A stretch of 64,000 nt of DNA from Candidatus Poseidoniaceae archaeon (GTDB taxonomy: Archaea; Thermoplasmatota; Poseidoniia; Poseidoniales; Poseidoniaceae): the NCBI GenBank assembly GCA_949372655.1, contig CASIAI010000003.1, positions 138,425 through 202,424 of the forward strand, read 5' to 3'. The notes below the pieces were generated by a model. That model did not search any database. It saw only the letters and a program-made list of their open reading frames with translations, and was not told where the DNA came from. The position numbers and the translations under genes are program-made. Positions 17,753 to 26,693 of the stretch are shown one piece after another. Numbering within the stretch: position 1 is the first letter of the stretch; every line of letters starts with the position of its first letter.

Positions 17753-18903
17753 TGAAAATTGCAGTAATGGCATTAAGTGGAGGTATGGATTCTACCTCAC
17801 TATTACTTAGACTACTAAAAGAAGGATATCAAGTTAAATGTATATCATATGAATATGGACAAAAACACCGTATTGAAATCGATAGGTCGGTATTAAACAT
17901 CAACTACCTCAAATCAAATGGGCATGAGGTTACTCACCACATCGTCGACTTAGTGAGTGCAATGTCGATATTCAATAGTTCATTAATCGGTGAAGAGATG
18001 GATATACCAGAGGGCCATTATGAACAAGAACAAATGAAATCTACCGTAGTTCCAAATCGCAATGCTATTTTTTCATCCATATTGTATGGTTATGCACTAT
18101 CAATCGCGGTTGAATTTAATCAGAAAGTAATAATTGCATTGGGTGTTCATTCTGGAGACCATGCGATATATCCTGATTGTAGGCCACAATTCTATACAGC
18201 ATTGGAGCACGCTTTCCACATAGGTAATTGGGATAGTGAAAAGGTATCTTTTGAACTACCGTATATCGATGGTGATAAAGAGTCAATATTAGTGGATGCC
18301 CTCCAGTCTTGCGAAGATTTAGAACTTGACTTTGATACTGTATTTACCAATACTAATACCTCATATAACCCGGATTCTAAGGGAAGAAGTTCTGGTAAAA
18401 GTGGAGCTGATGTTGAAAGAATCCTTGCATTCAAGGCTATTGGTAGGCGAGACCCTGTTGAATATGTAGATTCATGGGGAACGGTATTACAAAATGCTAT
18501 AGAAATTGAAGCACAACATAAGGATGAATATTATCGTCAGAAACTTACTGAATTACAGTATGTAGTTACAAGGCAAGGAGGCACTGAGCGACCTTATACT
18601 GGTATTTATGATAAAGAGAAGCGTGAGGGCATTTACAGGTGTATCTGTTGTGAACATATTTTATTTACTTCAGATAATAAGTATGATTCTGGATGTGGAT
18701 GGCCAGCATTCCATGGTGAGAGTGAACAAGCGGAAATTATGCGGATTTCTGACAGAAGTATGGGTATGATGCGAGTTGAAGTTCGATGTTCCAAATGCGA
18801 CTCCCACTTAGGTCATGTTTTTGAAGATGGGCCCAGGCAATTTGGTGGAGAGCGATATTGTATAAATTCAGCATCATTAGTTTTTGAGGAGGACGAAAAT
18901 TGA
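17752..18903 (+). CDS. queC: fusion protein: QueC-like 7-cyano-7-deazaguanine synthase (Zn-site Cys absent) plus methionine-R-sulfoxide reductase MsrB
   Basis: The N-terminal half has MKIAVMALSGGMDSTS (PP-loop), YGQKHRIEID, VPNRN and YPDCRPQF. The C-terminal 130 aa has YVVTRQGGTERPYTG, CICC, GCGWPAF, CSKCDSHLGHVFEDGP and RYCINS, which is the MsrB/SelR signature. The start ATG overlaps the queE stop (TAATG). Confidence 0.85.
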   Translation: MKIAVMALSGGMDSTSLLLRLLKEGYQVKCISYEYGQKHRIEIDRSVLNINYLKSNGHEVTHHIVDLVSAMSIFNSSLIGEEMDIPEGHYEQEQMKSTVVPNRNAIFSSILYGYALSIAVEFNQKVIIALGVHSGDHAIYPDCRPQFYTALEHAFHIGNWDSEKVSFELPYIDGDKESILVDALQSCEDLELDFDTVFTNTNTSYNPDSKGRSSGKSGADVERILAFKAIGRRDPVEYVDSWGTVLQNAIEIEAQHKDEYYRQKLTELQYVVTRQGGTERPYTGIYDKEKREGIYRCICCEHILFTSDNKYDSGCGWPAFHGESEQAEIMRISDRSMGMMRVEVRCSKCDSHLGHVFEDGPRQFGGERYCINSASLVFEEDEN

Positions 18904-19349
18904 CAACATACATTAGAAGATACGTAGAAACTGATACTGGACATAGAGTTCCAAATCACAAGAGTAAATGTAAACATATTCATGGTCACCGATATAGGTT
19001 TGAAGCAGAGATAGAAGGTGATGTTGTAAAGCAAAAAGGCGTTTCAGAAGAAGGGATGCTGATGGACTTTTCCGACATAAGCGAGATACTAACCGAGCAT
19101 ATACATGATGTTGTAGACCATGCATTTGTAGTGTATGAAGGTGATAAAATCGCCTTAAATGCCGTAAAACTAATGGGTGATGATCATAGAACTGTAGTGG
19201 TAGACTTTATTCCTACTGCTGAAAACCTAGCACGTTGGGCTTTTGAACAAATTGAGCCCTTAATTTCAACTGCATATGGAAACAGACTGAGGCTCGTTGC
19301 TATGCATGTTAGAGAAACTCCAAAGAGCATAGCAACTTGGAAACCCTAG
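18900..19349 (+). CDS. queD: 6-carboxy-5,6,7,8-tetrahydropterin synthase (PTPS family)
   Basis: It has TGHRVPNHKSKCKHIHGHRYRFE (the Cys/His zinc and catalytic motif). The TTG start overlaps the upstream stop (TTGA). Confidence 0.8.
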   Translation: MTTYIRRYVETDTGHRVPNHKSKCKHIHGHRYRFEAEIEGDVVKQKGVSEEGMLMDFSDISEILTEHIHDVVDHAFVVYEGDKIALNAVKLMGDDHRTVVVDFIPTAENLARWAFEQIEPLISTAYGNRLRLVAMHVRETPKSIATWKP

Positions 19350-20189
19350 TTATTCTTCGGAATCAGGCTCTATCTTCCTACGCCTACGGCTTTGCCATTC
19401 TTCATTGCCATCCACATATTGTAGAGCAGTTGTAGCATCTAATATACCTCCTATCATTCTTGTAGCCTCATCTTCTGTTGGCATCGAGAGCATAACTGAA
19501 CGAATCATAGAATTTTTGAAACTTACTTTTCGTTCGGGGTTCCCAGGTAGAGCTTCTGACAACTCTTCAATACCTTTAACCAAGATATCTCGAAGATTCT
19601 CGTTCAAAGAGCGCTCAAGTGGGACTATGTCTGGTATACTTCGGTCTTTACCTTGATTATTGATTACTCGATATTTATGCAACTCATAAACAAAGGCATT
19701 TACTGCATGTGAGAGATTAGTTATTGGGTATCCTTCCCATGTAGGTAATGTAGCCAAAAAGTCACATTTATCTAAATCCTCAGTCGACATACCTTTACCT
19801 TCCTCACCAAATATCAAAGCTACTCTTCCAGTAAAATCAGAAATGCGTTGTGAGAATTCCCATGGGTAAGTAAAGTGTCGGAATGTAGTTTTAGTACCTA
19901 CTTCCCTTTTACCCGAAGTTCCTACTACAAGTGAGCAATCGGAAATAGATTGTTCAAGGTTATCGTAAACCTGTGCTTCTTGCAAGATTCTCCCCGCATG
20001 TTTAGCCCTATTTCTTGCTTCAACATCTAAATGTTCGCACTTTGGAGAAACCAAACGTAAATTATCAAACCCATAATTAAGCATGCTTCGGCAAATTGCG
20101 CCTAGGTTTCCTGGATGTGAAGTTCCGATTAAAATAATTACTAATTGATAATTACTTCTCGGTAAAGGCAGACTCTGTCTATCACCCAT
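19350..20189 (-). CDS. SpoU/TrmH-family RNA 2'-O-methyltransferase (TrmJ-like) with a C-terminal extension
   Basis: It has LVIILIGTSHPGNLGAICRSMLNYGFDNLRLVSP, ALIFGEEGKGMS and NLSHAVNAFVYEL. Confidence 0.75.
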   Translation of the reverse strand: MGDRQSLPLPRSNYQLVIILIGTSHPGNLGAICRSMLNYGFDNLRLVSPKCEHLDVEARNRAKHAGRILQEAQVYDNLEQSISDCSLVVGTSGKREVGTKTTFRHFTYPWEFSQRISDFTGRVALIFGEEGKGMSTEDLDKCDFLATLPTWEGYPITNLSHAVNAFVYELHKYRVINNQGKDRSIPDIVPLERSLNENLRDILVKGIEELSEALPGNPERKVSFKNSMIRSVMLSMPTEDEATRMIGGILDATTALQYVDGNEEWQSRRRRKIEPDSEE

Positions 20190-20408
20190 TCAATCACCAT
20201 TCGAATTGATGAACTCAGCAACCCACCGTGGGTCACAAGGTTGATAGATGAAAAATAAATATCCACCATTTTCTCTGTCGTCCATGACTACAGAACGCTT
20301 TCTAATCGAATGCTTAGTTTTTAGAAACACTATGAGTAACTCCAACTCATCTTTAATTTCGGAATGAACACTGACAGGATGTCGGTCCCAATCGATGCGC
20401 ACTGTCAC
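20190..20408 (-). CDS. hypothetical 72-aa protein in the r-protein operon
   Basis: This is an ORF with a GTG start. Its stop abuts the downstream methyltransferase start (TGAATG). I recognise no family. Confidence 0.35.
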   Translation of the reverse strand: MTVRIDWDRHPVSVHSEIKDELELLIVFLKTKHSIRKRSVVMDDRENGGYLFFIYQPCDPRWVAEFINSNGD

Positions 20409-20420
20409 GCTAAACCCTCA

Positions 20421-20612
20421 CTAATCGACTCTTCTTTGAAGATATCTAGTGACGTATCCAGCAATCCAATTTCGAAGTTTCTTTGAGTCGACATCGGTCA
20501 ACTGAGATACTATGATTTTATTGTGATCGAAATCGTCTGAGAACTTCTCTCTATGCTGCTCTACAAGCTTGATTGCTCTGATTTTTATAAAACTCGGTCT
20601 AATATTTCCCAT
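20421..20612 (-). CDS. rps17e: 30S ribosomal protein S17e
   Basis: MGNIRPSFIKIRAIKLVEQHREKFSDDFDHNKIIV...LRNWIAGYVTRY closely follows archaeal eS17. Confidence 0.9.
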   Translation of the reverse strand: MGNIRPSFIKIRAIKLVEQHREKFSDDFDHNKIIVSQLTDVDSKKLRNWIAGYVTRYLQRRVD

Positions 20613-20617
20613 TCTAA

Positions 20618-20908
20618 TCACTCCTCAAACAATTTTACTTCTATTGGAAATTCAGGGTCATCGTGTCTGATGATTTGCAAACGAACCTTACGTGGAGGAT
20701 TTTCAATTCCTCTCTTCCAAATGTGTTCGTTTACTGAAGGATCAATGTAAATAGTTTCATCTTCTGTTACTTTTAGATGTTGTACTACATAATCTTTGAT
20801 TATTTGCATTGCTCTTGGAGCGCGCTTGTACCTGGTTATGTTCCAAGCGTTTCTCAAAGGTACTATCAATTCTGATTCGTTAGGTCTTGCCATAATAATA
20901 CACCTCAT
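20618..20908 (-). CDS. rpl31e: 50S ribosomal protein L31e
   Basis: It has [28 protein letters not shown]...[18 protein letters not shown]. The start is either 20908 (ATGA overlap with the L39e stop) or ATG 20893 (MARPNE). Confidence 0.9.
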   Translation of the reverse strand: MRCIIMARPNESELIVPLRNAWNITRYKRAPRAMQIIKDYVVQHLKVTEDETIYIDPSVNEHIWKRGIENPPRKVRLQIIRHDDPEFPIEVKLFEE

Positions 20909-21060
20909 CGTTGCAGCTTACTGCGTCTCCAGTGATGTCGCTTTGGATGCGACACTGTATTTCGGTCGGTCTTTAGCATGACCCAAACTGGGACACGCCT
21001 GTTCTGTTTCTGCACCTTCATCAGGCGGATTTTTTTCGCTGCTGGTTTATTTCTTGACAT
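20905..21060 (-). CDS. rpl39e: 50S ribosomal protein L39e (51 aa, below the ORF-track cutoff)
   Basis: Hand translation: [51 protein letters not shown]. This matches the eL39 consensus. Confidence 0.9.
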   Translation of the reverse strand: MSRNKPAAKKIRLMKVQKQNRRVPVWVMLKTDRNTVSHPKRHHWRRSKLQR

Positions 21061-21074
21061 GTTCGAGCACCTTC

Positions 21075-21434
21075 TCAGATTCTACGGATTGACGCACTAT
21101 GGCGGCTCTTCGACTGTGATAGGAGCAATTTCTTTAATTGCTCATCAGACATTGGGGGGGTGAAAGTTTTGTTTTCATAGAGTTGAACGATCGTATTCTT
21201 GATTTGATTACTTCTTTCGGGAGTTGCCATAGAAATTGTAGCCAATCGCGATCTAGCATCAGGTGTCAATAATTTCCTCATTGCTGAATCGATTGCTGAA
21301 TTCTCAATTTGTTTCTTTTGCTCTGCAAATTCAGCTTCAACTTGCTTTGATGCTTGTGCTTCAAGTTGTTTCTGCAACTCTAATTTACGTTGATGTCGAA
21401 GCATTGCCAATTCATCATCGTTTGATGCAGACAT
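21075..21434 (-). CDS. PDCD5/TFAR19-like dsDNA-binding protein
   Basis: [35 protein letters not shown]...[10 protein letters not shown] is typical of the archaeal family found in this operon. I prefer ATG 21434, which is preceded by a GGTGG SD-like element, over GTG 21443. Confidence 0.8.
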   Translation of the reverse strand: MSASNDDELAMLRHQRKLELQKQLEAQASKQVEAEFAEQKKQIENSAIDSAMRKLLTPDARSRLATISMATPERSNQIKNTIVQLYENKTFTPPMSDEQLKKLLLSQSKSRHSASIRRI

Positions 21435-21458
21435 ACTTACCACCTAATTCACGCCCGA

Positions 21459-21950
21459 TTAGTACTTTGAAAGACCAGGATACATTTCGTCTGCCGCAGC
21501 TCGGTTATCATGAGCGATTGAATCTAGTAATTTATGGCCTGAAGAAGTAACTCTTCTTCCAGCGTACAACTGTACCTTGCCTTCTTCAGAGTCAACTTCC
21601 TTGGTAGGTACCTTTTCTACAAGACCTGCTTCTTCCAGTTGTTGAAGAGAGGTTCTAATGATATGCCTCGAAGCAACGCCAGGAGTATTTGGCATAGCGC
21701 CGTTATCTTGTGAGCCGCCATATGTTTGAGCCAAATGTGTGACTCCTACCGGCCCGTCTCTAGCGACTTTACGGAGAATGGAAGCGGTTCTAATAAACCA
21801 CCAATTAGACTGCGTAGGTGGCCTTTCTCTTGATGCACCAGTCTTAACATATCCCGACCAATCCGGGGCTTCAATGCCCTTGGTCTGAGACAAATGTTCA
21901 GCAAGAGCAGGTATCAATAATTCCGCAGGGACATCGTAAAACGTAGTCAT
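21459..21950 (-). CDS. rps19e: 30S ribosomal protein S19e
   Basis: It has TFYDVPAELLIPALAEHL...PDWSGYVKTGASRERPP...NWWFIRTASILRKV. Confidence 0.9.
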   Translation of the reverse strand: MTTFYDVPAELLIPALAEHLSQTKGIEAPDWSGYVKTGASRERPPTQSNWWFIRTASILRKVARDGPVGVTHLAQTYGGSQDNGAMPNTPGVASRHIIRTSLQQLEEAGLVEKVPTKEVDSEEGKVQLYAGRRVTSSGHKLLDSIAHDNRAAADEMYPGLSKY

Positions 21951-22077
21951 AAAGCACACCGAGCAATTTGCCGACTAAACTCCCCTATATGAAAAGAACG
22001 GGTAAATCACACTAATATCGTGTCACCAAAGCCAACAAAATGCAAGTCTTGATGAAGGTGCGTCTTGTCCACTCACC

Positions 22078-22896
22078 ATGAAGAAGGCTTTGGCTCAGAA
22101 TCCTAATCTCCTTAGGACCCTACTGGGACTATCTTTTACGCTAATATTTATTTTAGGATATGCCGTTTATGGAGCAACTGTTTCACCGTCATACTATCTT
22201 TATGAAACAAATGCTATTACTACCACTCACGCTGTTGTAGATTCAGAATCAATTTATGACTCAGATGAAAATACTACCACTTGGTACTGGAATGTTCCTG
22301 CTGATGGTGTTAACTTAACTTGGGTTAACCTTACTGCTACAGAATTATCAGATGACTCAGTGGTTAAACTGATGAATGTTGGCGGATTATACAGTAATCG
22401 ATTGTTAGGGATTGAAGATGCCGATAAGTTTAGTTGTCAGGAATCTTGTTACAAGAATACTACTCATGAAGTATTGAGTGACTATGGTGAAGATGTAACT
22501 ATCTATTCCATGACTACTACTGAGCCGGGTAGAAGAAATAATGGAACTGTTTATGCTAAATCTTTGGAAGAGGGGGCTGAAAAGGCAAGAGATATAGTAG
22601 ATTATACCCATTCCCCATCATCGATCCGTGTTGAAATTACAGAAAAGGGCGATAGACAAACATCACCTACTATTTTTCTAACAACCGTGAATGAAGATTT
22701 TGAAGGTATTGAGGTTTTTTCAATAGATGCAGGCACTGAATTTTTATGGTCTCTAGCTGCAGTCATAGGTTGTTTCTCAATGTTACTAATTCCGTCATTT
22801 GGATTATATTTTGCATCCAGGGCTAAGGAAAGGAAAAATGAATTGAAACTGAAGTTAGCAGAGGAAAATGTTGATATTCAACTTCAAGAAGAATAA
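22078..22896 (+). CDS. hypothetical bitopic/anchored protein with an extracytoplasmic domain carrying NxS/T sequons
   Basis: It has an N-terminal TM helix (LLRTLLGLSFTLIFILGYAVYGA) and a C-terminal TM helix (FLWSLAAVIGCFSMLLIPSFGLYFA). It is the first gene of a co-oriented four-gene block. Confidence 0.5.
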   Translation: MKKALAQNPNLLRTLLGLSFTLIFILGYAVYGATVSPSYYLYETNAITTTHAVVDSESIYDSDENTTTWYWNVPADGVNLTWVNLTATELSDDSVVKLMNVGGLYSNRLLGIEDADKFSCQESCYKNTTHEVLSDYGEDVTIYSMTTTEPGRRNNGTVYAKSLEEGAEKARDIVDYTHSPSSIRVEITEKGDRQTSPTIFLTTVNEDFEGIEVFSIDAGTEFLWSLAAVIGCFSMLLIPSFGLYFASRAKERKNELKLKLAEENVDIQLQEE

Positions 22897-22938
22897 ACGC
22901 CATTGCCCTCATATAGATTGTATGTTTTGGATTAAACG

Positions 22939-25900
22939 ATGCGCAGGGTGAAGATTCTATCATTGATACTTCTCGCATCGTTCCTATTAGCGCCGATGCA
23001 ACCGCTAAGCGAAACATATCTTAACGACCAAGACATTCAACAAACTACAGGACGTTCAACTGGTGTTGATTTGACTATTAGTGATGTTTCTTTCAGTTAT
23101 CCCTCATCATCTGACCAAATGAAATATCAAATGTTTTCTTCCAATCATCCAATATTGAACTTTGATAGACCTGAAAATTTGTTTGTAGTAGATGCTGTGA
23201 TTGATGTACCGATAACTATTGATTTCACTGTGAGTAATCTTGGAACTGCTAATTCAGGAAATCTGAACGTAGTTATTACAGTATTACATAATGAGTATGC
23301 GGGGTTTGAATTGCATAATGAAACTGTAATTGTAAGTTCTATTAACGGTGGCTCATCAACAACTGGTCAAAAAACAATAACTCCAACATATTCAGGTAAT
23401 CATACGATTAAGATCTATCCGGTATCTACTATAATTGATGACAATCCTAATAATGATATTCTATTAAATTCCTTTACAGTAGCATACCGATATTTCAATT
23501 GTGACGACTTATCTGGTTGGACTGTTGGCAACCAATGGAATTCTAATAGCGATACTTCTCTTTCACAAGGCTATGCTTGCCATATAGGTAATGGTCAATC
23601 TTCGACATACTCTGGTAACCTAAACACTGCCCTAATAACTCCACCCCTAGATATGTCAGATGCTGTTAGTAACCCAACAAGAACAAATGGAATCTCATTC
23701 TATTATACAGGGAGTATTCTAAGCGGTGATGTAATGAAAGTGTACATCAATGATAATAATGGTAATTGGAATGAAATGGCAAGTGTTAGTGGCACTATCG
23801 ACCAAGTTTTCACAGATGGTGCTAATTGGCAGACTTGGTCTGTTAATCATGCTGGGGCTTTCTCGCCAGTAATTCCTGCTCAACAGCAATACTTTACTTC
23901 ACAGACTCAATTTAAATTTGAATTTACCAGTGATACTTTGAATGAAGATATTGGTTTATGGATGGACGATATTGTTATTGTTTATGACCAAAAGGTCAAA
24001 CAAAATGAGTTCGGATTAACCACAACTGGAATTTCAACTAGTGGCGCAGTTCCTGGTTCATGGGGCAAGGCTACGGTTGAAATGACTAATATAGGAAATA
24101 TAACAGAAACATTCACACCTTCAATGATTGGAGTACCAACTGACTGGAACATATACTATTCTTCTACTTCAGGAGTAAGTATCAATCCATCGTATGGAAT
24201 AACCTTACAACCTGGAGAAATAAAGCAATTTGATATTAATTTCCAACCTGACCCACAAGCTACGCAGGGTTTGTATCAAGTGACTTTCAAAGGTCACTCA
24301 AATCAGTATAATATGATTCAATCACAACTAAATATGCAATTTCAAGTGATACCTGATAGAATTCCGGAAATTACTCCTCCTGTCAGCATACCGAGTTGCC
24401 AACCTGGCAATACTTGTACATTCGAAGTGGAGATTTCCAATATCGGAGGGGCGATAGATGTATTTGAGATTATTATAGATTCGAATGAACTACCAGTAGG
24501 TTGGAGTGTAGCATTAGCATGGTCGCAACCAACTAGTATTCTATCACAACCTGGGACTCCAACAACAATATTGATGACATATACTGTTCCGTCAGATGCA
24601 CTGCCAGATAGCGTAGGTAAGTTTGATTTGCGAGTGACATCACAGAATGATTCATCTAGAGTAGATATTCAAGAAATTGAACTAACTGCTTCAATGATTA
24701 GTAGTGCTGAAGTAATGATGAGTATGCAAAGTTCTCAATCAAATTGGATAATTTCACCTGGTGAATCTAAAACGATTTACTATACAATTTGGAATAATGC
24801 CTCCAGTCAAGATATATTTTTACCATCTGTTAACGTTAGAGATCAGGGGCAGTGGATTATTGATCAGCCAAATCAAAATAATCTAGTCATCAACTCTGGA
24901 AAAGAAACCACGTTCAGTATAGAAATAACCGCTCCTGAGCAGTCGCAAGTAGGAGATATCTGTCCTAAGATTACAGCTGAGATAACCTCGATTAGAAGTG
25001 GTGCTGTATTCACTGGAGAAGAATTACGAGATATCGAAATATCTCGAAGAGATGATTTAACAATTTCACTAGTCGATGAACCGTTATTATTTATCCCAGG
25101 TCAGAATAATTCGATTGAGATTCTAGTTGAAAATAAGGGCAATGGCCCAAATGATGCCCAAATATTGGTTGAGGGTTTACCAAATGATTGGTCATGGGTA
25201 CTATACTATGAAGGAGAAATGGTACAAAATCCAATTAGTTTAACAGCTATTTATGATTTAGATAGCATAAAGCAAATTCAGATATTAATAAATCCTAATT
25301 CAACTACGTTTGCTGGAAGTAAATATGAATATAGCATTCTTGTAACCTCATTTGATGAGACTGTTGATAGTAATAATTCTGATAATCAAATAAACCTTCA
25401 TGCAACTGTATCTACTAATCATAACATAGTTATTGATTCAAAAGAAACTCAGATTTTTGCAGGAGTTGGTAATTTCACCATAGTAGATGCAACGATACAA
25501 AACTTAGGTAATACTGTAGAAAATAATGTTTTGATAAGAGCTCAAGTTAGTTTACTAGATAGCAGTATCGTAATCGAACCATACTTCACAATCGGCCAGA
25601 GTGGAATAATATTTGAGTTAGATAAATTCCAATCTTTAACTCTTGAAATCGGGCAAATATATGACTTAGAAGTGGGTTTTGAAATCCCCGAAGGTACTGA
25701 AATTGGTACTATGATAGTTGTTAAATTCGACATACAGTCAACTAATGGAAGTGGATTGGAGTTTCAAAGTTCACAAACATTGATCGAGACTAATTATCGA
25801 CGTTCGATGGTCGTAGATTTTTATTCTGAGAATAGCGAGATTATAGGCGAAAGTGAAGGGGCATTAGTTATGCTAAACCTGACCTCAACATCAACTATTT

Positions 25901-26517
25901 CTGAAAACTTCACAATCAACCTTCTAATGCCAGAAAGTTGGCAAGCGGTCTGCTCTGGAGAAATTTTAGGCCCCAATGGGGTGTATTTAGAAAATGCACC
26001 CGGATATTTGCAGGAACAATTTACAGCTACACGATGTGAAATATATCCGCTGAATGGTATAGATTCGGGAGAAGTAATAATTACAGTAAATAATAATGAT
26101 GATACGTTAATATGGAGTAATTCGAGAACTTATACATTTGACAGAAATGATGAACAATCTTTCACTATGAATTCTAATATGATTGCAGGTTCAATTGCAG
26201 GAATTCTTGCAGTAATAATAATATTGTTAGTATTAAGAGTAAGAAAGGTTGATGAAGAGCCTGAATTGGAAGTTGAAAATCACAATCATAATATTTCAGG
26301 CCCTCCGGTCTCTGGACCTCCAGTTAGCAACTTCGTGACAAATCAAACTCAATCAGCAATAGTTAATCCTATTATCCAAAATCCTGTAATTCAATCAACT
26401 TCAAGTGTAGGGCCACAAATACCAGCGACAGGTCTTCCTAGTGGATGGACTATGGAACAATGGAATTATTATGGACAAAGATACTTAGATAAGTTGAATG
26501 CCGGTGGAAAAATATGA
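22939..26517 (+). CDS. 1192-aa surface protein: signal peptide, repeated CARDB/NEW3-like beta-sandwich domains, C-terminal TM anchor and a Pro-rich cytoplasmic tail
   Basis: The signal peptide is MRRVKILSLILLASFLLAP. Repeated units have the form xVExxNxGN..xxFxxxxxGxPxxWS. The anchor is AGSIAGILAVIIILLVLRVRK, and the tail contains GPPVSGPPVS. Many NxS/T sequons are present. Confidence 0.7.
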   Translation: MRRVKILSLILLASFLLAPMQPLSETYLNDQDIQQTTGRSTGVDLTISDVSFSYPSSSDQMKYQMFSSNHPILNFDRPENLFVVDAVIDVPITIDFTVSNLGTANSGNLNVVITVLHNEYAGFELHNETVIVSSINGGSSTTGQKTITPTYSGNHTIKIYPVSTIIDDNPNNDILLNSFTVAYRYFNCDDLSGWTVGNQWNSNSDTSLSQGYACHIGNGQSSTYSGNLNTALITPPLDMSDAVSNPTRTNGISFYYTGSILSGDVMKVYINDNNGNWNEMASVSGTIDQVFTDGANWQTWSVNHAGAFSPVIPAQQQYFTSQTQFKFEFTSDTLNEDIGLWMDDIVIVYDQKVKQNEFGLTTTGISTSGAVPGSWGKATVEMTNIGNITETFTPSMIGVPTDWNIYYSSTSGVSINPSYGITLQPGEIKQFDINFQPDPQATQGLYQVTFKGHSNQYNMIQSQLNMQFQVIPDRIPEITPPVSIPSCQPGNTCTFEVEISNIGGAIDVFEIIIDSNELPVGWSVALAWSQPTSILSQPGTPTTILMTYTVPSDALPDSVGKFDLRVTSQNDSSRVDIQEIELTASMISSAEVMMSMQSSQSNWIISPGESKTIYYTIWNNASSQDIFLPSVNVRDQGQWIIDQPNQNNLVINSGKETTFSIEITAPEQSQVGDICPKITAEITSIRSGAVFTGEELRDIEISRRDDLTISLVDEPLLFIPGQNNSIEILVENKGNGPNDAQILVEGLPNDWSWVLYYEGEMVQNPISLTAIYDLDSIKQIQILINPNSTTFAGSKYEYSILVTSFDETVDSNNSDNQINLHATVSTNHNIVIDSKETQIFAGVGNFTIVDATIQNLGNTVENNVLIRAQVSLLDSSIVIEPYFTIGQSGIIFELDKFQSLTLEIGQIYDLEVGFEIPEGTEIGTMIVVKFDIQSTNGSGLEFQSSQTLIETNYRRSMVVDFYSENSEIIGESEGALVMLNLTSTSTISENFTINLLMPESWQAVCSGEILGPNGVYLENAPGYLQEQFTATRCEIYPLNGIDSGEVIITVNNNDDTLIWSNSRTYTFDRNDEQSFTMNSNMIAGSIAGILAVIIILLVLRVRKVDEEPELEVENHNHNISGPPVSGPPVSNFVTNQTQSAIVNPIIQNPVIQSTSSVGPQIPATGLPSGWTMEQWNYYGQRYLDKLNAGGKI

Positions 26518-26684
26518 ATTACCCACCATTGTGGTATGCCCTGTGGTTTATCATTTCCTTCTGTGGAATTGCGACATGGTATTTGAGGAATTTTACTCAA
26601 CGAATTCAACTTACCAAATTAACGGCTCTAGTTGGAGTTGTGTCAATGACAAGTATGGTTTTATGGACATTTATTGAATTTTGA
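26514..26684 (+). CDS. 56-aa two-TM peptide (not in the ORF track)
   Basis: Hand translation: MNYPPLWYALWFIISFCGIATWYLRNFTQRIQLTKLTALVGVVSMTSMVLWTFIEF. The start overlaps the upstream stop (ATGA). Confidence 0.4.
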   Translation: MNYPPLWYALWFIISFCGIATWYLRNFTQRIQLTKLTALVGVVSMTSMVLWTFIEF

Positions 26685-26693
26685 GGTTTTATT

